Below are positions 1 to 10,980 of a DNA stretch of 64,000 nt, piece after piece. The notes under the pieces are model-generated. The model saw nothing but the letters and a program-made list of their open reading frames with translations. It was not told where the DNA came from and made no database searches. The translations under genes were made by a program, and so were the position numbers. How positions within the stretch are numbered: the stretch's first letter is position 1; each line of letters starts with the position of its first letter. Source of the DNA: Spirochaetia bacterium (GTDB lineage: Bacteria; Spirochaetota; Spirochaetia; SZUA-6; Bin103). The stretch is from the NCBI GenBank assembly GCA_965198005.1, contig CBDAOI010000004.1:928001-992000 (forward strand), in the 5' to 3' direction.

Positions 1-422
1 CGGCGCCGATCGTGCTGGCGATCGCCCGGTTCGCGGACACGATCTACGCCGCCGGCGGCGGCTCCACCGAGGGCGGCATCATCGAGACGGCCGGCGCCGC
101 GAACGCGGCTGCCCGGGCCGGGATCGACGGGCATCGGACGGTGAGCATCGAGTCGCTGGCGGCGCTGGCGCCGGACGTGATCCTGATCACCCAACCGGCC
201 GAGTCGGGCGGTACGGCGTTGCGCGACGAGCTGCTCGCGGCGCCGGCTCTGGCCGCGGTTCCCGCGGTCGCGTCGGGACGGGTGCTGGTGGTGGAATCGC
301 GCTACTACACCACGCTGTCGCACTGGAACGTGCGCGGCATCGAGGAGACCGCCCGGCTGCTGTACCCGGATCGCTTCAGCGACGTCCGCTTCGCCGACTT
401 CGCACCCTACGAGGGGCCGTGA
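1..422 (+). CDS. ABC transporter substrate-binding protein (Fe-siderophore/cobalamin type), 5' end outside the window
   Basis: C-terminal periplasmic binding protein motifs (SIESLAALAPDVIL; PAVASGRV); its stop overlaps the downstream ATPase start. Confidence 0.8.
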   Translation, partial: APIVLAIARFADTIYAAGGGSTEGGIIETAGAANAAARAGIDGHRTVSIESLAALAPDVILITQPAESGGTALRDELLAAPALAAVPAVASGRVLVVESRYYTTLSHWNVRGIEETARLLYPDRFSDVRFADFAPYEGP

Positions 423-1249
423 CCGGCATCGCCGGCAACAACGATCTGGCCGCGGACGGGGTGACGGTGCGCCTCGGCGGCCTGCCGGTGCTGCGATCGG
501 TGTCGGTCGGCGCCCGCGCCGGCGAGGTGACCGGGGTGATCGGTCCCAACGGCGCGGGCAAGAGCACGCTGCTGCGCGTGCTGGCCGGCGTCCTGCGCGT
601 CGACGCCGGCTGCGTGCGGCTGGGCGGCGTCGACCTGCAGGGCGTGCCGGCGAACGCCCGCGCACGGCGCGTGGCGTACCTGCCGCAGCAGGACGCGGTA
701 CAGCCGTTCACCGCGCTGGAGACGGTGCTGATGGGGCGCTATCCCTACCTGCGGCGGTTCCAACTGGAGGGTCGGCACGACCGGCGGATCGCGCGTGCGG
801 CGATGGCGCGCACCGAGACCGAGCGGTTTGCGCGGCGCAGCCTCGACCGGCTCTCGGGCGGCGAACGGCAGCGGGTGTTGCTGGCGCGCGCGCTGGCACA
901 GCAGGCGGAGGTGCTGGTGCTCGACGAGCCGCTCGCCAGTCTCGACCTGCGCTACCGATTGGCCGTGATGGCGACCTTGCGGCAGGAGGCAGCGCGCGGC
1001 GTCACGGTAGTCGTGGCGCTGCACGACGTGGAGCTGGCCGGCCGCTACTGCGACCGGCTGGTGCTGCTGGCCCAGGGGACGGTCGCCGGTTGCGGCACCC
1101 CCCTGGAGGTGCTGGTCCCCGACCAGTTGCGGGCGGTGTTCGGGGTGGAGGCGGTGGTCTCTCGGGAAGCGGCGACCGGCGGCCCGCGGATCTGGCTGGT
1201 GGGCCCGAGCGAGCGCGCCGGCGCGGAGGCTGGCGATGGCGCCGGTTGA
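419..1249 (+). CDS. ABC transporter ATP-binding protein (FecE/BtuD-like)
   Basis: Walker A GPNGAGKS, LSGGERQR signature, Walker B VLDEP, ALHD switch. Confidence 0.92.
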   Translation: MTGIAGNNDLAADGVTVRLGGLPVLRSVSVGARAGEVTGVIGPNGAGKSTLLRVLAGVLRVDAGCVRLGGVDLQGVPANARARRVAYLPQQDAVQPFTALETVLMGRYPYLRRFQLEGRHDRRIARAAMARTETERFARRSLDRLSGGERQRVLLARALAQQAEVLVLDEPLASLDLRYRLAVMATLRQEAARGVTVVVALHDVELAGRYCDRLVLLAQGTVAGCGTPLEVLVPDQLRAVFGVEAVVSREAATGGPRIWLVGPSERAGAEAGDGAG

Positions 1250-1421
1250 CCCGTGCGAGAGACCGCGCGCCGGACCGCACTGCACACTACCGCAATGGAC
1301 TCTCTTGAAAACCCGACCGACTCCTACGCGTCCTACGCGGCTTCCACGTGATGTTTTCGAGTATGTACGGTAAAGTGCGAGTCGCTTTCGGATGATCGCA
1401 CCAGATTCGTGAGGAGGTTTC

Positions 1422-1902
1422 ATGAGCCGAGAGAAGGACACGCGGAAGCCCGCCGAGAGCACAACCGCGACCGGCGAGACGTCCAGGGGATTCACGGACG
1501 AGGAACGAGCCGCGATGAGGGAACGTGCCCGAGAGTTGAAGGCGGAAGCGCGCGCGAACAAGAACAGGGAGGAAGGGGAAAGGGACGTACTCGCGAAGAT
1601 CGCCGAGATGCCGGAAACCGGATCGCGCCATGGCCGAGCGGCTCCATGCGATCATCAAAGCCAGCGCGCCAGCCCTTTCGCCGAAAACCTGGTACGGAAT
1701 GCCCGCGTATGCCAAGGGCGGCAAGGTCGTCTGCTTTTTCCAGAGCGCGCAGAAGTTCAACTTGAGGTACGCGACGTTCGGCTTCAACGACACGGCGAAC
1801 CTCGACGAAGGCGCCATGTGGCCGACCTCCTTCGGGCTGAAGGAGTTGACCGCCACCGAAGAGGCAAGGATCAGCGCGCTGGTGAAGCAAGCGGTGCGCT
1901 AA
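1422..1902 (+). pseudogene. DUF1801/YdhG-like protein, frameshifted near 1615
   Basis: N-half ([18 protein letters not shown]) and C-half ([12 protein letters not shown]...RYATFGF) join if one A is removed from gaaaccg; GAGGAGG RBS upstream. Could be a sequencing error. Confidence 0.75.
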
Positions 1903-3332
1903 CTCACTTCCCGTACTTCGATCGTGAAGTTGCTGCCGAAGTCCTCGTCGTAGGATACGACTTCGAGATAGAGCCAGTCGCCGGAGAAGCTCTCGATCAG
2001 CGCTGACTTGTATTCGTTGCCGTTCATGTAGCCGGCCGAGGCCAGCTTCCTGCCATGGATGCCGTCATCGTACACCAGGAAATGGAACCGCCAGGTGCCG
2101 CGGACTTCCTCCTGGGTCACCTTGATCAAGTACATCGTTCCCGCAACTACGGGGATCTTGTAGTAGCTGTTTCCTTCGGCCTGCACCTGGCCAGCGTAGC
2201 TGGAGCCGGCTATGGTCAACGGGTCCCGTTCTTCACCCTCGTTGTCGAACAACTCCTCGATGACGTGGAGCTCGAAGTTGGCGCCCGATCCCTTGGTGTG
2301 ACTGCCATCCACGGAGAAGTAGAACCGCTCGCCGCCCGCCGTTACCGAGAGCACCTCATCCTCACCCCTGAGGTTGTCGGACGTGTCCTGAACGACGGCG
2401 AAATCGCCACTGTCGTCATGCGTGTACAGGTCGACGTCCAACGTCGGTGACAGGAGTTTGATAGTATAGGGACGACCGGGGGCAGACGCAAAGGAGTAAT
2501 AGCTCCTGCCGTCTCCCACCTCAGCCGCGATTTCCTCGCCGACCGGGACTTCGTACGGCGCTTCCTCCGAACCTTGATTCTGCAAGCGGTCGTGTTCTGC
2601 GACGGTCAGCGTAAACGGCGTTCCCGATGCACGATGGCGGCCGCGGACTTCGACGTAGAGGGCCTCGTTGGAGGCCACCAGAGTCACGAATTCGTCCTCC
2701 GTGTAGCGCTTGCTCGAGCGGGCCAGTTCGTCCTGGAATTGAGCGTCGGAATAGATGAACAGGTCGGCGTCCACCTGGAGCCCGTCGAGAGCGATTCGAT
2801 AGGTCGATCCGGCGGTCAGGTTGCCGAGCTCGTACAGGCTGGACCTGGTGCCCACCTGTCCCGCATAGGCAACCTCTCCATCGAGTCGGATCGGAGACAA
2901 CAGCGCGACTTCATCGACGTAGGTCTCACTCCTGGTCAGCAGCAGGTTGAATTCCGACTCCTTGAAGTCGTAGTTGTGGAGAACGAAGTACGCGGCTTCG
3001 GCTTTCGGCGTGAACAGTATCCGCTCGTCGTTGTGCTCGGCATTGGTCGACGAGGCGACGGAGTCCCGCAGGAAGGTGGCATCCGAGCCCTTGTAGTAGA
3101 GGTCGAGGTCGGCGGCGAGCCCGGTCAGGTCGATGCGGTATTCGACGCCCGCTTCCACTTCGGCCATGAAGTACTTGCGCTCGCGGTCGGCATCGGTTTT
3201 CCCGGAGTACTCCTGATCGACGGTCAGCACGATGGGGGCGGTCTTGTCATATCCTCGATTCGTGTCCTCGGCGTGGGCGAGAGTCGCGACCAGCGCACAG
3301 GCAATGAGAACGACAAGAGCTCGGTAGTTCAT
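1899..3332 (-). CDS. Secreted acidic protein with repeated pre-peptidase C-terminal (PPC)-like domains
   Basis: Signal peptide ([21 protein letters not shown]); repeated Y.I.L....D.DLY motifs; no catalytic domain seen. Confidence 0.7.
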   Translation of the reverse strand: MNYRALVVLIACALVATLAHAEDTNRGYDKTAPIVLTVDQEYSGKTDADRERKYFMAEVEAGVEYRIDLTGLAADLDLYYKGSDATFLRDSVASSTNAEHNDERILFTPKAEAAYFVLHNYDFKESEFNLLLTRSETYVDEVALLSPIRLDGEVAYAGQVGTRSSLYELGNLTAGSTYRIALDGLQVDADLFIYSDAQFQDELARSSKRYTEDEFVTLVASNEALYVEVRGRHRASGTPFTLTVAEHDRLQNQGSEEAPYEVPVGEEIAAEVGDGRSYYSFASAPGRPYTIKLLSPTLDVDLYTHDDSGDFAVVQDTSDNLRGEDEVLSVTAGGERFYFSVDGSHTKGSGANFELHVIEELFDNEGEERDPLTIAGSSYAGQVQAEGNSYYKIPVVAGTMYLIKVTQEEVRGTWRFHFLVYDDGIHGRKLASAGYMNGNEYKSALIESFSGDWLYLEVVSYDEDFGSNFTIEVREVS

Positions 3333-3511
3333 GATCCCTCCAAGATACTGAATGTCACGCGTACGAACCGGTTGCGCTCGTCGCCGACGCGCCGCGCCCA
3401 GCCGTAACCGTAGAACAGGACGTCACCGGCAGCATCAGCCATCCCGCCGCGGCGCTCCATCAGGCCGCCCGGCGCAGTGGCTGGCGGCGGCCGTATCTAT
3501 CGTGCACGCGG

Positions 3512-3540
3512 TTGACATTAGTTCGATGTTTCGCTAAATA
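3512..3540 (+). promoter_or_regulatory. sigma70-type promoter of arsR copy 1
   Basis: TTGACA-N17-TAAATA, with the ATG 8 nt downstream at 3548 (probably leaderless). Confidence 0.65.
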
Positions 3541-3547
3541 TGCAAGC

Positions 3548-3991
3548 ATGGCGAGCGACAGGTGGCCGTCGTGGTGCGCGCCTCGGGCAGCATCTCCCGG
3601 TCGCTCGCGGCGATCCCCGGTGGAAGACGCCGCCTCGACCTTTGCGGCGCTCGGGTCGGAGCAGCGGCTGGCGGTGCTGACTACCCTGGTGCGGGCCGGA
3701 CCGGAGGGCTGCTGCCGATCGGTACGCTGGGTGAGCGCACCGGGGTCACCGGATCGACCCTGACCCATCACGTGAACCACATGATGTTGACGAACAGAAT
3801 CCCGCACAGCGCGGCGCAGGTCACGTCGACCACTTCAAGTGCGCTCGGCGGGTCTGGTACACCGGGTCAAGCGCGGGCGCTCGATCATCTGCGCCGCGGT
3901 CGCCTATCCGAGGGTGCAGGCGTTGTCCGCCTACCTGCTGTCGGAGTGCTGCACCGACAGCTCGCACGCCGCATGCAGGAACCGAGCATGA
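3548..3991 (+). pseudogene. ArsR-family regulator (C-terminal Cys-Cys type), frameshifted
   Basis: FAALGSEQRLAVL..LVRAGPEG, GSTLTHH and the C-terminal YLLSECC are spread over different frames. Confidence 0.75.
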
Positions 3992-3994
3992 GTG

Positions 3995-4250
3995 TCTATC
4001 GTGCACGCGGTTGACATTAGTTCATGTTTCGCTAAATATGCAAGCATGGCGAGCGACACGGGCAGCACGCTGGCGGTGGAAGACGCCGCCTCGACCTTTG
4101 CGGCGCTCGGGTCGGAGCAGCGGCTGGCGGTGCTGAATACCCGTGCGGGCGGGGCCGGAGGGCCTTACGCTTCCCGGCACCACGAACGAGCCATCGTGCT
4201 GCGGCGCTCGCATCTGCGCCGCGGTCGCCTATCCGAAGGTGAGGGCCGCG
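3995..4250 (+). pseudogene. Second, more deleted tandem copy of promoter + arsR
   Basis: Near-identical to 3496-3560 and 3620-3680; -35/-10 spacer shortened to 16 nt. Confidence 0.75.
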
Positions 4251-4271
4251 CCCGCGTCTTCCGCGGAGCAG

Positions 4272-5317
4272 GTGTCGCGACCGGCGCCGAACCTGCGCCG
4301 GCTGTGGCAACGGGCCGACAAGGCGTGGCTGGCGATCGGGCTGGTCCCGCTGCTGCTGGCGCTGCTGGATCCCGCGCTGCTGTGTTGCCTGCGCTGCGCT
4401 TTGCCGGCGGCGCCATCCTGCGCACCGGCATGTTCATCGCCGGCGCGGTGCTGGCCGTGGCCTGGTTGAGGGCGACCGGCGCCGAGGCGCTGCTGAGCCG
4501 GGCGTTCACGGGACGGGAGTCGCGCATGATTTTCCTGGGCGCGCTGGTGGGCGGGCTGGCGCCGTTCTGCTCCTGCGAGGTGATCCCGTTCATCTCCGCG
4601 CTGCTGGCGGTCGGGGCGCCGCTGTCGGCGGTGATGGCATTCTGGCTCGCCTCGCCGCTGATGGATCCGGCGATGTTCCTGATCACCGCGGGCACGCTGG
4701 GCACCGGGTTCGCCGTGGCGAAGACGGTGGCGGCGGTGGCGCTCGGCCTGGGCGGCGGCCTGCTGGTCAAGGCGTGCGCCGGCAGCAGCCTGTTTGCCGA
4801 TCCGCTCAAGGCGCATCCGGTGGCCGGCGGTTGCGCGTCGGGCTGCGGGACGGCATGCGACACCGAGCCGTTGGCCGGGGGTCCGCAGTGGGCGTTCTGG
4901 CGGACGCCGGAGCGCCGACGGATGTTTCGCGACACCGCGGCCGGGAACGCGCTGTTCCTGCTGAAGTGGCTGCTGCTGGCGTACTTGGTGGAAGCGCTGA
5001 TGCTGGAGTACGTGCCGGCGGAAGTGGTCGCCACGGTGCTCGGCGGCGACGGGCTGGGGCCAATACTCCTGGGTGCGGTCGTCGGGGCGCCGGCCTACCT
5101 CAACGGCTTCGCCACGGTGCCGCTGGTCGAAGCGCTGCTGGCGCAGGGGATGTCGAACGGGGCCGCCATGTCGTTCGTCATCGCCGGCGGCGTGAGCTGC
5201 ATCCCGGCCGCGATTGCGGTCTGGGCGCTGGTCAAGCGGCGCGTGTTTGCCGCATACCTTGGCATCGCGCTGGTCGGCTCCGTGCTTGCCGGCATCGCCT
5301 GGAGCCTGATCGCCTGA
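4272..5317 (+). pseudogene. ArsP/DUF318-family permease, frameshift near 4385
   Basis: PFCSCEVIP, FWLASP and GGVSCIPA motifs; N-terminus in another frame. Confidence 0.78.
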
Positions 5318-5319
5318 CG

Positions 5320-5966
5320 ATCCGCCGGGGCGCCCGAGGAGGATTCCGGCGAGCGGTTGCAGGCAGTCCATCGCCGCCAGCGAGCGAATGAATCGCTCCA
5401 GCATCTCCGGCGGCGGTGCCTCTTCGGAGGTCTCCAGAAACAGAACGGCGCCGGCCAGTGAATCCGCCGAGGGAAACACCGGCGTCCCCCGGAGCCAGTC
5501 CAATACCTCGACACAGCCGCCGAACAACCTGCCCTCGGCCACGCCCTCTCGCTGATGGAAGACCCAGCCCGTGCACGGATTGAGCTTGCGTCTGACGGAC
5601 TGATTGGAGGGATCCGTCCACTCCAGACGTTCCGTATCACGTCCGGATCGAGGTACGGCAGAAGGCGGATCGAATCGCCGCCGCCGATGGTGGCGATGAT
5701 GCCGTCGACGGCCGGGTCGGCGAACGCCGCCATCAGGTTCTCCGCCCGCGCCCGCGGGTTGCGTGCCAGCCATGCGGGGTCGCGCAGGGCGTGCGCGGTC
5801 TCGGTCACGGCGCCCCCGAACTCCTCCTCGAACTGCCGCTTGCCGGCGGCGTAGCGATGGGGAAACGCGCCCGGTCCGCCCCAGGACAGCGAGACCGCAG
5901 CTACGCGGCTGCGCGCCGCAATCGTCTCGGTTTGAACGTCGGGTTCGCTGTGGGCAGCGGTCTCAC
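5320..5966 (-). pseudogene. S66 peptidase (LD-carboxypeptidase/MccF-like), internally deleted and 3'-truncated
   Basis: SLSWGG, ATIGGGDSIRLLPYLD, GRLFGGC and LFLETSEE motifs in separate frames. Confidence 0.8.
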
Positions 5967-6114
5967 TGGGCGTCCGTGTATAGCACGGGCTGGGTGGCTT
6001 TGTCGCCGCACAGCACCGCCAGCGGCTGCCGGCCGTCGTCTGCCGCGGCACGGCGCGGGCGCCCCGGCCAATGGCACGCTGACTTTCCCGGCGCGGCCGC
6101 CTATGCTCAGCGGC

Positions 6115-6880
6115 ATGAATCTGGCTGACGATCCCATTGCGAACTACGTGCGGACTTCGAGCGATTGCGCGCGCGCAAGCGCTGGTCGGTGAACTCGGTG
6201 CCGTTCCGGTTCGTTGCGCTGAGCCTGGGCGCGGCGGCTGCCAGCATCGGCTATGACCGCGTGGAGCAGGTGGCGAACGAGCTGCGCAAGCGGGCGCGCT
6301 GGTCGAGCCCGTTGAAGTCGGAGATTCGCTACGTAGTGGCGGCGATGATTCTGCGCGCGGTCAGGATCCGGCCGCCATTCACGCCCGCGTGTTCGAAACC
6401 CGCGATGCCTTCAAGGCGCACAAGCTCCCCAGTCGCGGCATCGGTGCGACGCTGGCGGCGCTGTTGCTGGCCCTGCACCACAAGGCGGGTCCGGTTCCGC
6501 AGCAGCACATCGAACGGTTGGCGCGCATCTACCGCGGCTGGCGCCGTGAGCATCGCTGGCTGACCAGTTCCAGCGACCTGCCGGCGGCCGCGCTGCATGC
6601 CGCGCGCGACGTCCCGGTCGAGGTCCTGGCCGCGGCCGTGGAGCGCGCCTACACCCGCCTGAGCGACGCCGGATTCCGGCGCGGCAACCAGTTGCAGCTC
6701 GTGTCGCGTGTTGCACCATCGCGACCGTCTGCGCGCCGTCAAGCCGCGGCCGGAGAAGGCGGTGGCGTTCACGCTGGCCGCGGGCATCGAGTTGGCCGCC
6801 GACGCCGAGGTTGCGGGAGAACGCAACGCCGGCGACCTGGCGGCGCTGCAGTCATGTTGGAGGCCTCGGATCAGGTCACT
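6115..6880 (+). pseudogene. DUF4003-like protein, multiple frameshifts
   Basis: HRWLTSSSDLPAAAL and GFRRGNQLQLVS resemble DUF4003 motifs. Confidence 0.55.
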
Positions 6881-7189
6881 AGACAGGCATTCGCCTGGCC
6901 AAACACGTCTTCTCACTACAGCGTGAACCGAACAAGCTCTTGGAGCTTCCCCCGAGCAACACGATGGAAACCTCGGGAGACATGTGGACGAGATTCGTTC
7001 GAGCAGGGAGATGGGATGAGCCACTCGACGAAGATGACGATCGGGCGAAGGAGATTCTCGTGCTCTGTCGGCGCGGGCGTCATCCGGATCGCACATGACG
7101 CCGGGACGATGGCATCGTTCGATTCGCCCGGTCCCCTCGTCGTTCCAGGACAGCACGTCGCGCAGACTACGCAACGGGGTTGTCCGCTC

Positions 7190-7760
7190 GGGGAGCGGCG
7201 GCGCGCTCCAGCACAGCCTGCAGTAACACGTTGCAGCCGGCGGCGCAGTCGTCGCGGGTGGCGTGCTCCAGCTCGCTGTGGCTGATGCCACCCGCGCACG
7301 GAATGAAGATCATCGCGGTCGGTACGCGGGCCGCGAGGTGGCCTTCATCGCCGTCAACCGCGCCTCCTCCGGGTGGCGCAGATCGACGCTGAACGCGACA
7401 CGGCCGGGAATGGGGTTGCGCGAGTTGGGGTGCGCAACGAGCGAGCCTACGGTGGCGCACGCGCCCGGCAGGTGGGAGTGGCCGATCCGGTTCACCGCCG
7501 CCACGATGCGCGCCGCTCCGAGCAGTGCGTCGCGGCGGTCCGGCATCGGGGTGGGTCCGGCATGCGCTTCGCGGCCGCTCACCACCAGGTCGAACCAGCG
7601 CTGTCCCTGGGCCCCGGTCACCACGCCGATGGTGGCCTTCTGCCGCTCCAGGACCGGCCCCTGCTCGACGTGCAGCTCGAAGTAGGCGCCGAACTCGGAC
7701 ACCGCCACCCGGTCATCGCCGCGGTAGCCGATGCGCTCCAGCTCCTCGCTGAACGTGAGT
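7190..7760 (-). pseudogene. M20 Zn-dependent amidohydrolase (allantoate/N-carbamoylase type) fragment
   Basis: YFELHVEQGPVLE, HAGPTPM, VPTAMIFIPC.GGISH; N-terminus and middle missing. Confidence 0.85.
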
Positions 7761-8094
7761 TTCTCGGTGTCCGATCATCTTGGTGAGCTCTCTGAGGCGC
7801 TGCGCCGGGTGTTCGCGGGTAGATGCTGACCGGCTCGCACACCATTGCGGTTTCGGTAGTGGCGCTACCGGTATGGCTCCGTTCGGGCCAGCCGTCCGTA
7901 ATCCCGGTGATCTCGTCGATGAACCAGCACCGCCGGCCGCCGCGCGGCGTCAGCAGCCCCGCGGCGCTCACCAGCCGCCCCAGATCTGCCGCGCGCCAGC
8001 CGTGGACCGCGGCGTGCACGATGCCGCGGGGCGCGGTCCCGGAGGCACTCCTCAACCGAAAACGCGATCGTCACCGGCGGCAGCGTCCGTCTGT

Positions 8095-8559
8095 TTATTC
8101 GGTCGATGCTTTGGTGCGTTCGTCGATCCGGCCGATCTGAACCTTGATCTCTCCCACGTCTTTGGCCAAGTCGGTCAGGTCGGTGCGCACGCCGTCGATC
8201 TTGGCGGTCAGGTCGGTGCGTACGCCGTCGATCTTGGCGGTCAGGTCGGTGCGTACGCCGTCGATCTTGGCGGTCAGGTCGGTGCGTACGCCGTCGACCT
8301 TGGCATCTACCGCCTTGATGTCGGCATGCAACTCGGCGCGCACGCCGTCGATCTTGGCGGCTAGGTCGGTGCGCACGGCATTGATGTTCTCCCCGATCAG
8401 GGCATGGGCCTGCCGAGCTTCATCCCGGATGCTCTTGAATGGTCTGGTGATAGCGGCCGCGATCGCCACTACCGCTACTGCTGCACCCGATATTGCGGTG
8501 ACCGGACCCCACCACTCCACGCCATCGACCATACAGGCGGGACATACGATTGTCAACAA
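8095..8559 (-). CDS. Membrane-anchored coiled-coil protein with 11-aa tandem repeats
   Basis: Hydrophobic N-terminal segment followed by repeated LTAKIDGVRTD. Confidence 0.65.
   Translation of the reverse strand: MLTIVCPACMVDGVEWWGPVTAISGAAVAVVAIAAAITRPFKSIRDEARQAHALIGENINAVRTDLAAKIDGVRAELHADIKAVDAKVDGVRTDLTAKIDGVRTDLTAKIDGVRTDLTAKIDGVRTDLTDLAKDVGEIKVQIGRIDERTKASTE
8173..8304. repeat. 33-bp tandem repeat, 4 near-identical units plus a diverged copy to ~8376
   Basis: Unit ggtcaggtcggtgcg(c/t)acgccgtcgatcttggc. Confidence 0.92.
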
Positions 8560-8774
8560 TATGGCGGCTCATGCAGCTCATGGCTGCTCCGGCACTCCCC
8601 TGACCGGCAAGCTGGGCCTGCCATCACGAGTAAGTGGGCCAAAGATACTGCCGGGCTGGCTGATCTGTCTGTCCGGCTGTGAGCGCGGTCATTGGCCCGA
8701 TGGCGCACGCGAACTGCCGGGCCGGCCGGCGGCGGCTGTGGGCGCGGGCGACGGCCCGGGTTATGGTGCATCGC

Positions 8775-9683
8775 ATGCAGCGCATGATCATCGACTGCGA
8801 TCCTGGACTGGACGATGCCATTGCCTTGATGCTGGCCCACCGCCACGCGCAACTGGTCGGGATCACCACGGTAAGCGGCAACGCGCCGCTCGAGGCCACC
8901 ACCGAAAACGCGCTCATGCTGACCGCGTTGCTCGGTTCGGAGGTTGCGGTCCACCGCGGCGCCGCGCGCCCACTGGCGGGTGAGCCGGTGCACGCCGGGC
9001 ACGTGCACGGCGAATCGGGTCTGGGAGACGTTGCCCGCGTGGCCCATGACCGCAAGCCGGCCAGTGATGATGCGGTCGGCTTTCTGTTGGAGGCCGTCGA
9101 CCGGGACGTCCGGGTCGTAGCGCTGGGCCCGCTGACGAACTTGGCGTTGGCGATCGAGCGCGATCCGACCTGGGTGGACCGCATCGCCGGGATCTCGTTC
9201 ATGGGGGGCAGCACCGCCGGCGGCAACGTGACCGCGGCCGCGGAGTTCAACGTGTTCGCCGACCCGGAAGCGGCCGCGCGGGTATTCGGCTCCGGCGCCG
9301 GCATCACCATGTGCGGATTGAACCTGACCCATCAGGTGCTGACCACCGACCCGCTGGTGGAGCGCCTGCGGGCGGCCGCGTCGCCGCTGGCGCAGTTCGC
9401 CGCGCAGGCCTTCGCCTTTCTGCACGATCGGCTGGAGGAGCTTGCCGGCAGTCGCCAAACCGCGCTGCACGATCCGTGCGCGGTGTTGGCGGTGACCCAC
9501 CCGGAGCTGCTCGAAACCGCCCCGCGCCCGGTCAGCGTGGAGCTCGAGGGCACGCTGACCCGGGGCATGACCGTGGTCGACGAACGGCCGGGCCGGCTCG
9601 GCGGCCGTCCGAACGCGCAGGTCGGCTACCGCATCGACGCGCGGCGGGCGCTGGAGGTGGTGCTGGCGGCCCTCGACGCCTGA
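8775..9683 (+). CDS. Nucleoside hydrolase (IU-NH family)
   Basis: DCDPGLDD, LGPLTNLA, AEFNVFADPEAA, LHDP motifs. Confidence 0.93.
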   Translation: MQRMIIDCDPGLDDAIALMLAHRHAQLVGITTVSGNAPLEATTENALMLTALLGSEVAVHRGAARPLAGEPVHAGHVHGESGLGDVARVAHDRKPASDDAVGFLLEAVDRDVRVVALGPLTNLALAIERDPTWVDRIAGISFMGGSTAGGNVTAAAEFNVFADPEAAARVFGSGAGITMCGLNLTHQVLTTDPLVERLRAAASPLAQFAAQAFAFLHDRLEELAGSRQTALHDPCAVLAVTHPELLETAPRPVSVELEGTLTRGMTVVDERPGRLGGRPNAQVGYRIDARRALEVVLAALDA

Positions 9684-9957
9684 TCCGTGCCGCCACGGAC
9701 GGTCTGATCCACCCCATGCGCCGTTTCACGGTCTTCCGTGTCACGGAGTGTTCGGACCTGTTGACACGTTCCGAGGAATGTGAGCACGCTTCCGCCGTCC
9801 ACGAGCACGTTACCGGGCCCGGGCATGGCGTCGTTGGCGGCACCCCGGGTCGGGCATCGCCTGATGCCCACGCCGACGAAACTTTGATGTTGAGGAGGTA
9901 GTTGTCAGTTGAGTGAAATACGTGCCCGTGTGAGGTTACACACGGGCTGACGCACAC

Positions 9958-9985
9958 GGGCCGCCCCACGGGGCGGCCCTTTATT
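9958..9985 (+). terminator. Intrinsic terminator-like hairpin
   Basis: GGGCCGCCC-cacg-GGGCGGCCC followed by TTTATT. Confidence 0.6.
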
Positions 9986-10102
9986 GCCTACGGCGCCTCC
10001 CGCACGAGATTGTCCTGGCGTAGGAGACCCTGCCGCTGTGCCGTCGCAGCTTCGTTGACGATGAGGGGAACCAGAGCCGACGAATCCCAATACCGCACCG
10101 CT

Positions 10103-10400
10103 TCACCATCCGGTTTCACGTTCTGCCGCGATGAGGCGGCTGGCACTTACCCCTTCGGGCAGACTCGGGTTCGGGGAGGCAAGCAGTTGCTCCACGTCGC
10201 CGGGGGAGGTCGGTGGATCTACGATTCCCCGCAGTATCAGCTCCGCGGCAGCCCGGTAGTCTCCCAATGGATCGATGTAGTACGGGCGTATGCGAGCCAC
10301 TGGGTTGCCCCGCTTGGAAATCAATACGGTTTCTCCACCCGATTCAGAGGTGAAGTCGTTTACCGCGGTGAACGCTGCTGGTTTACTCGTCGTGGAGCGA
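10103..10400 (-). pseudogene. Phd/YefM-like antitoxin remnant
   Basis: GETVLISKRGNPVARIRP and a C-terminal ASRLIAAERE; N-terminus degraded and no toxin partner. Confidence 0.55.
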
Positions 10401-10518
10401 TGCCAATCCAGGCTTGGTTCCAGTGATCCTGCCTGGTCGGACGGCCACGCAACACGTGCCCCACACAATTTTGCTATTCGTTCGGAGGCGATAGGGCCGT
10501 CGATTGCAGGCGGTGCGT

Positions 10519-10857
10519 TCATTCGTCCGTAATCGGAACTGGTTCTATCGCCCCCGCGGCGTCTGTTCGGCACCTGGCCACAGTGGGGGCGCTTTGGCCG
10601 GCTGTATTCTTGGCGCGCACCTCCATCTCGTATTCCGTATCCGGCTTCAGCCCGATAAACGTGCATGACGTCAGCGGGGTCTCAACGCCGACAAGCCACG
10701 CCTCCGAACCCAACTCTCGAACCCGCACCAAGTAGGTAACCTGCGGTGTAACGTCCACCTCCATCCATTCGCTCCGCATCTCCTCCGGAGGCCAAGGCAG
10801 ACAAATGGCGTACGACTTTCCGTTCCACACCACCGGTGGTTTGGGTCCACTCACCAT
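10519..10857 (-). CDS. Small fibronectin type III domain protein
   Basis: YLVRVRE...W, GLKPDTEYEMEVRAKNTAGQS FN3 signature. Confidence 0.75.
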   Translation of the reverse strand: MVSGPKPPVVWNGKSYAICLPWPPEEMRSEWMEVDVTPQVTYLVRVRELGSEAWLVGVETPLTSCTFIGLKPDTEYEMEVRAKNTAGQSAPTVARCRTDAAGAIEPVPITDE

Positions 10858-10980
10858 AACAGTGCACGCTCCTGATCAGTTTCCGATGGCGCCATGCCGA
10901 ATGGCGCGCACGACTCTAAACTTGACGGCAGTCATTTGATCGAGATGGAGCCAGCGAGTCAAGGTCCCTGGGCGCGCGGG

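Noticed and set aside
8173-8376. 33-bp repeats as a CRISPR array
   Set aside because: Head-to-tail with no spacers and in frame within an ORF
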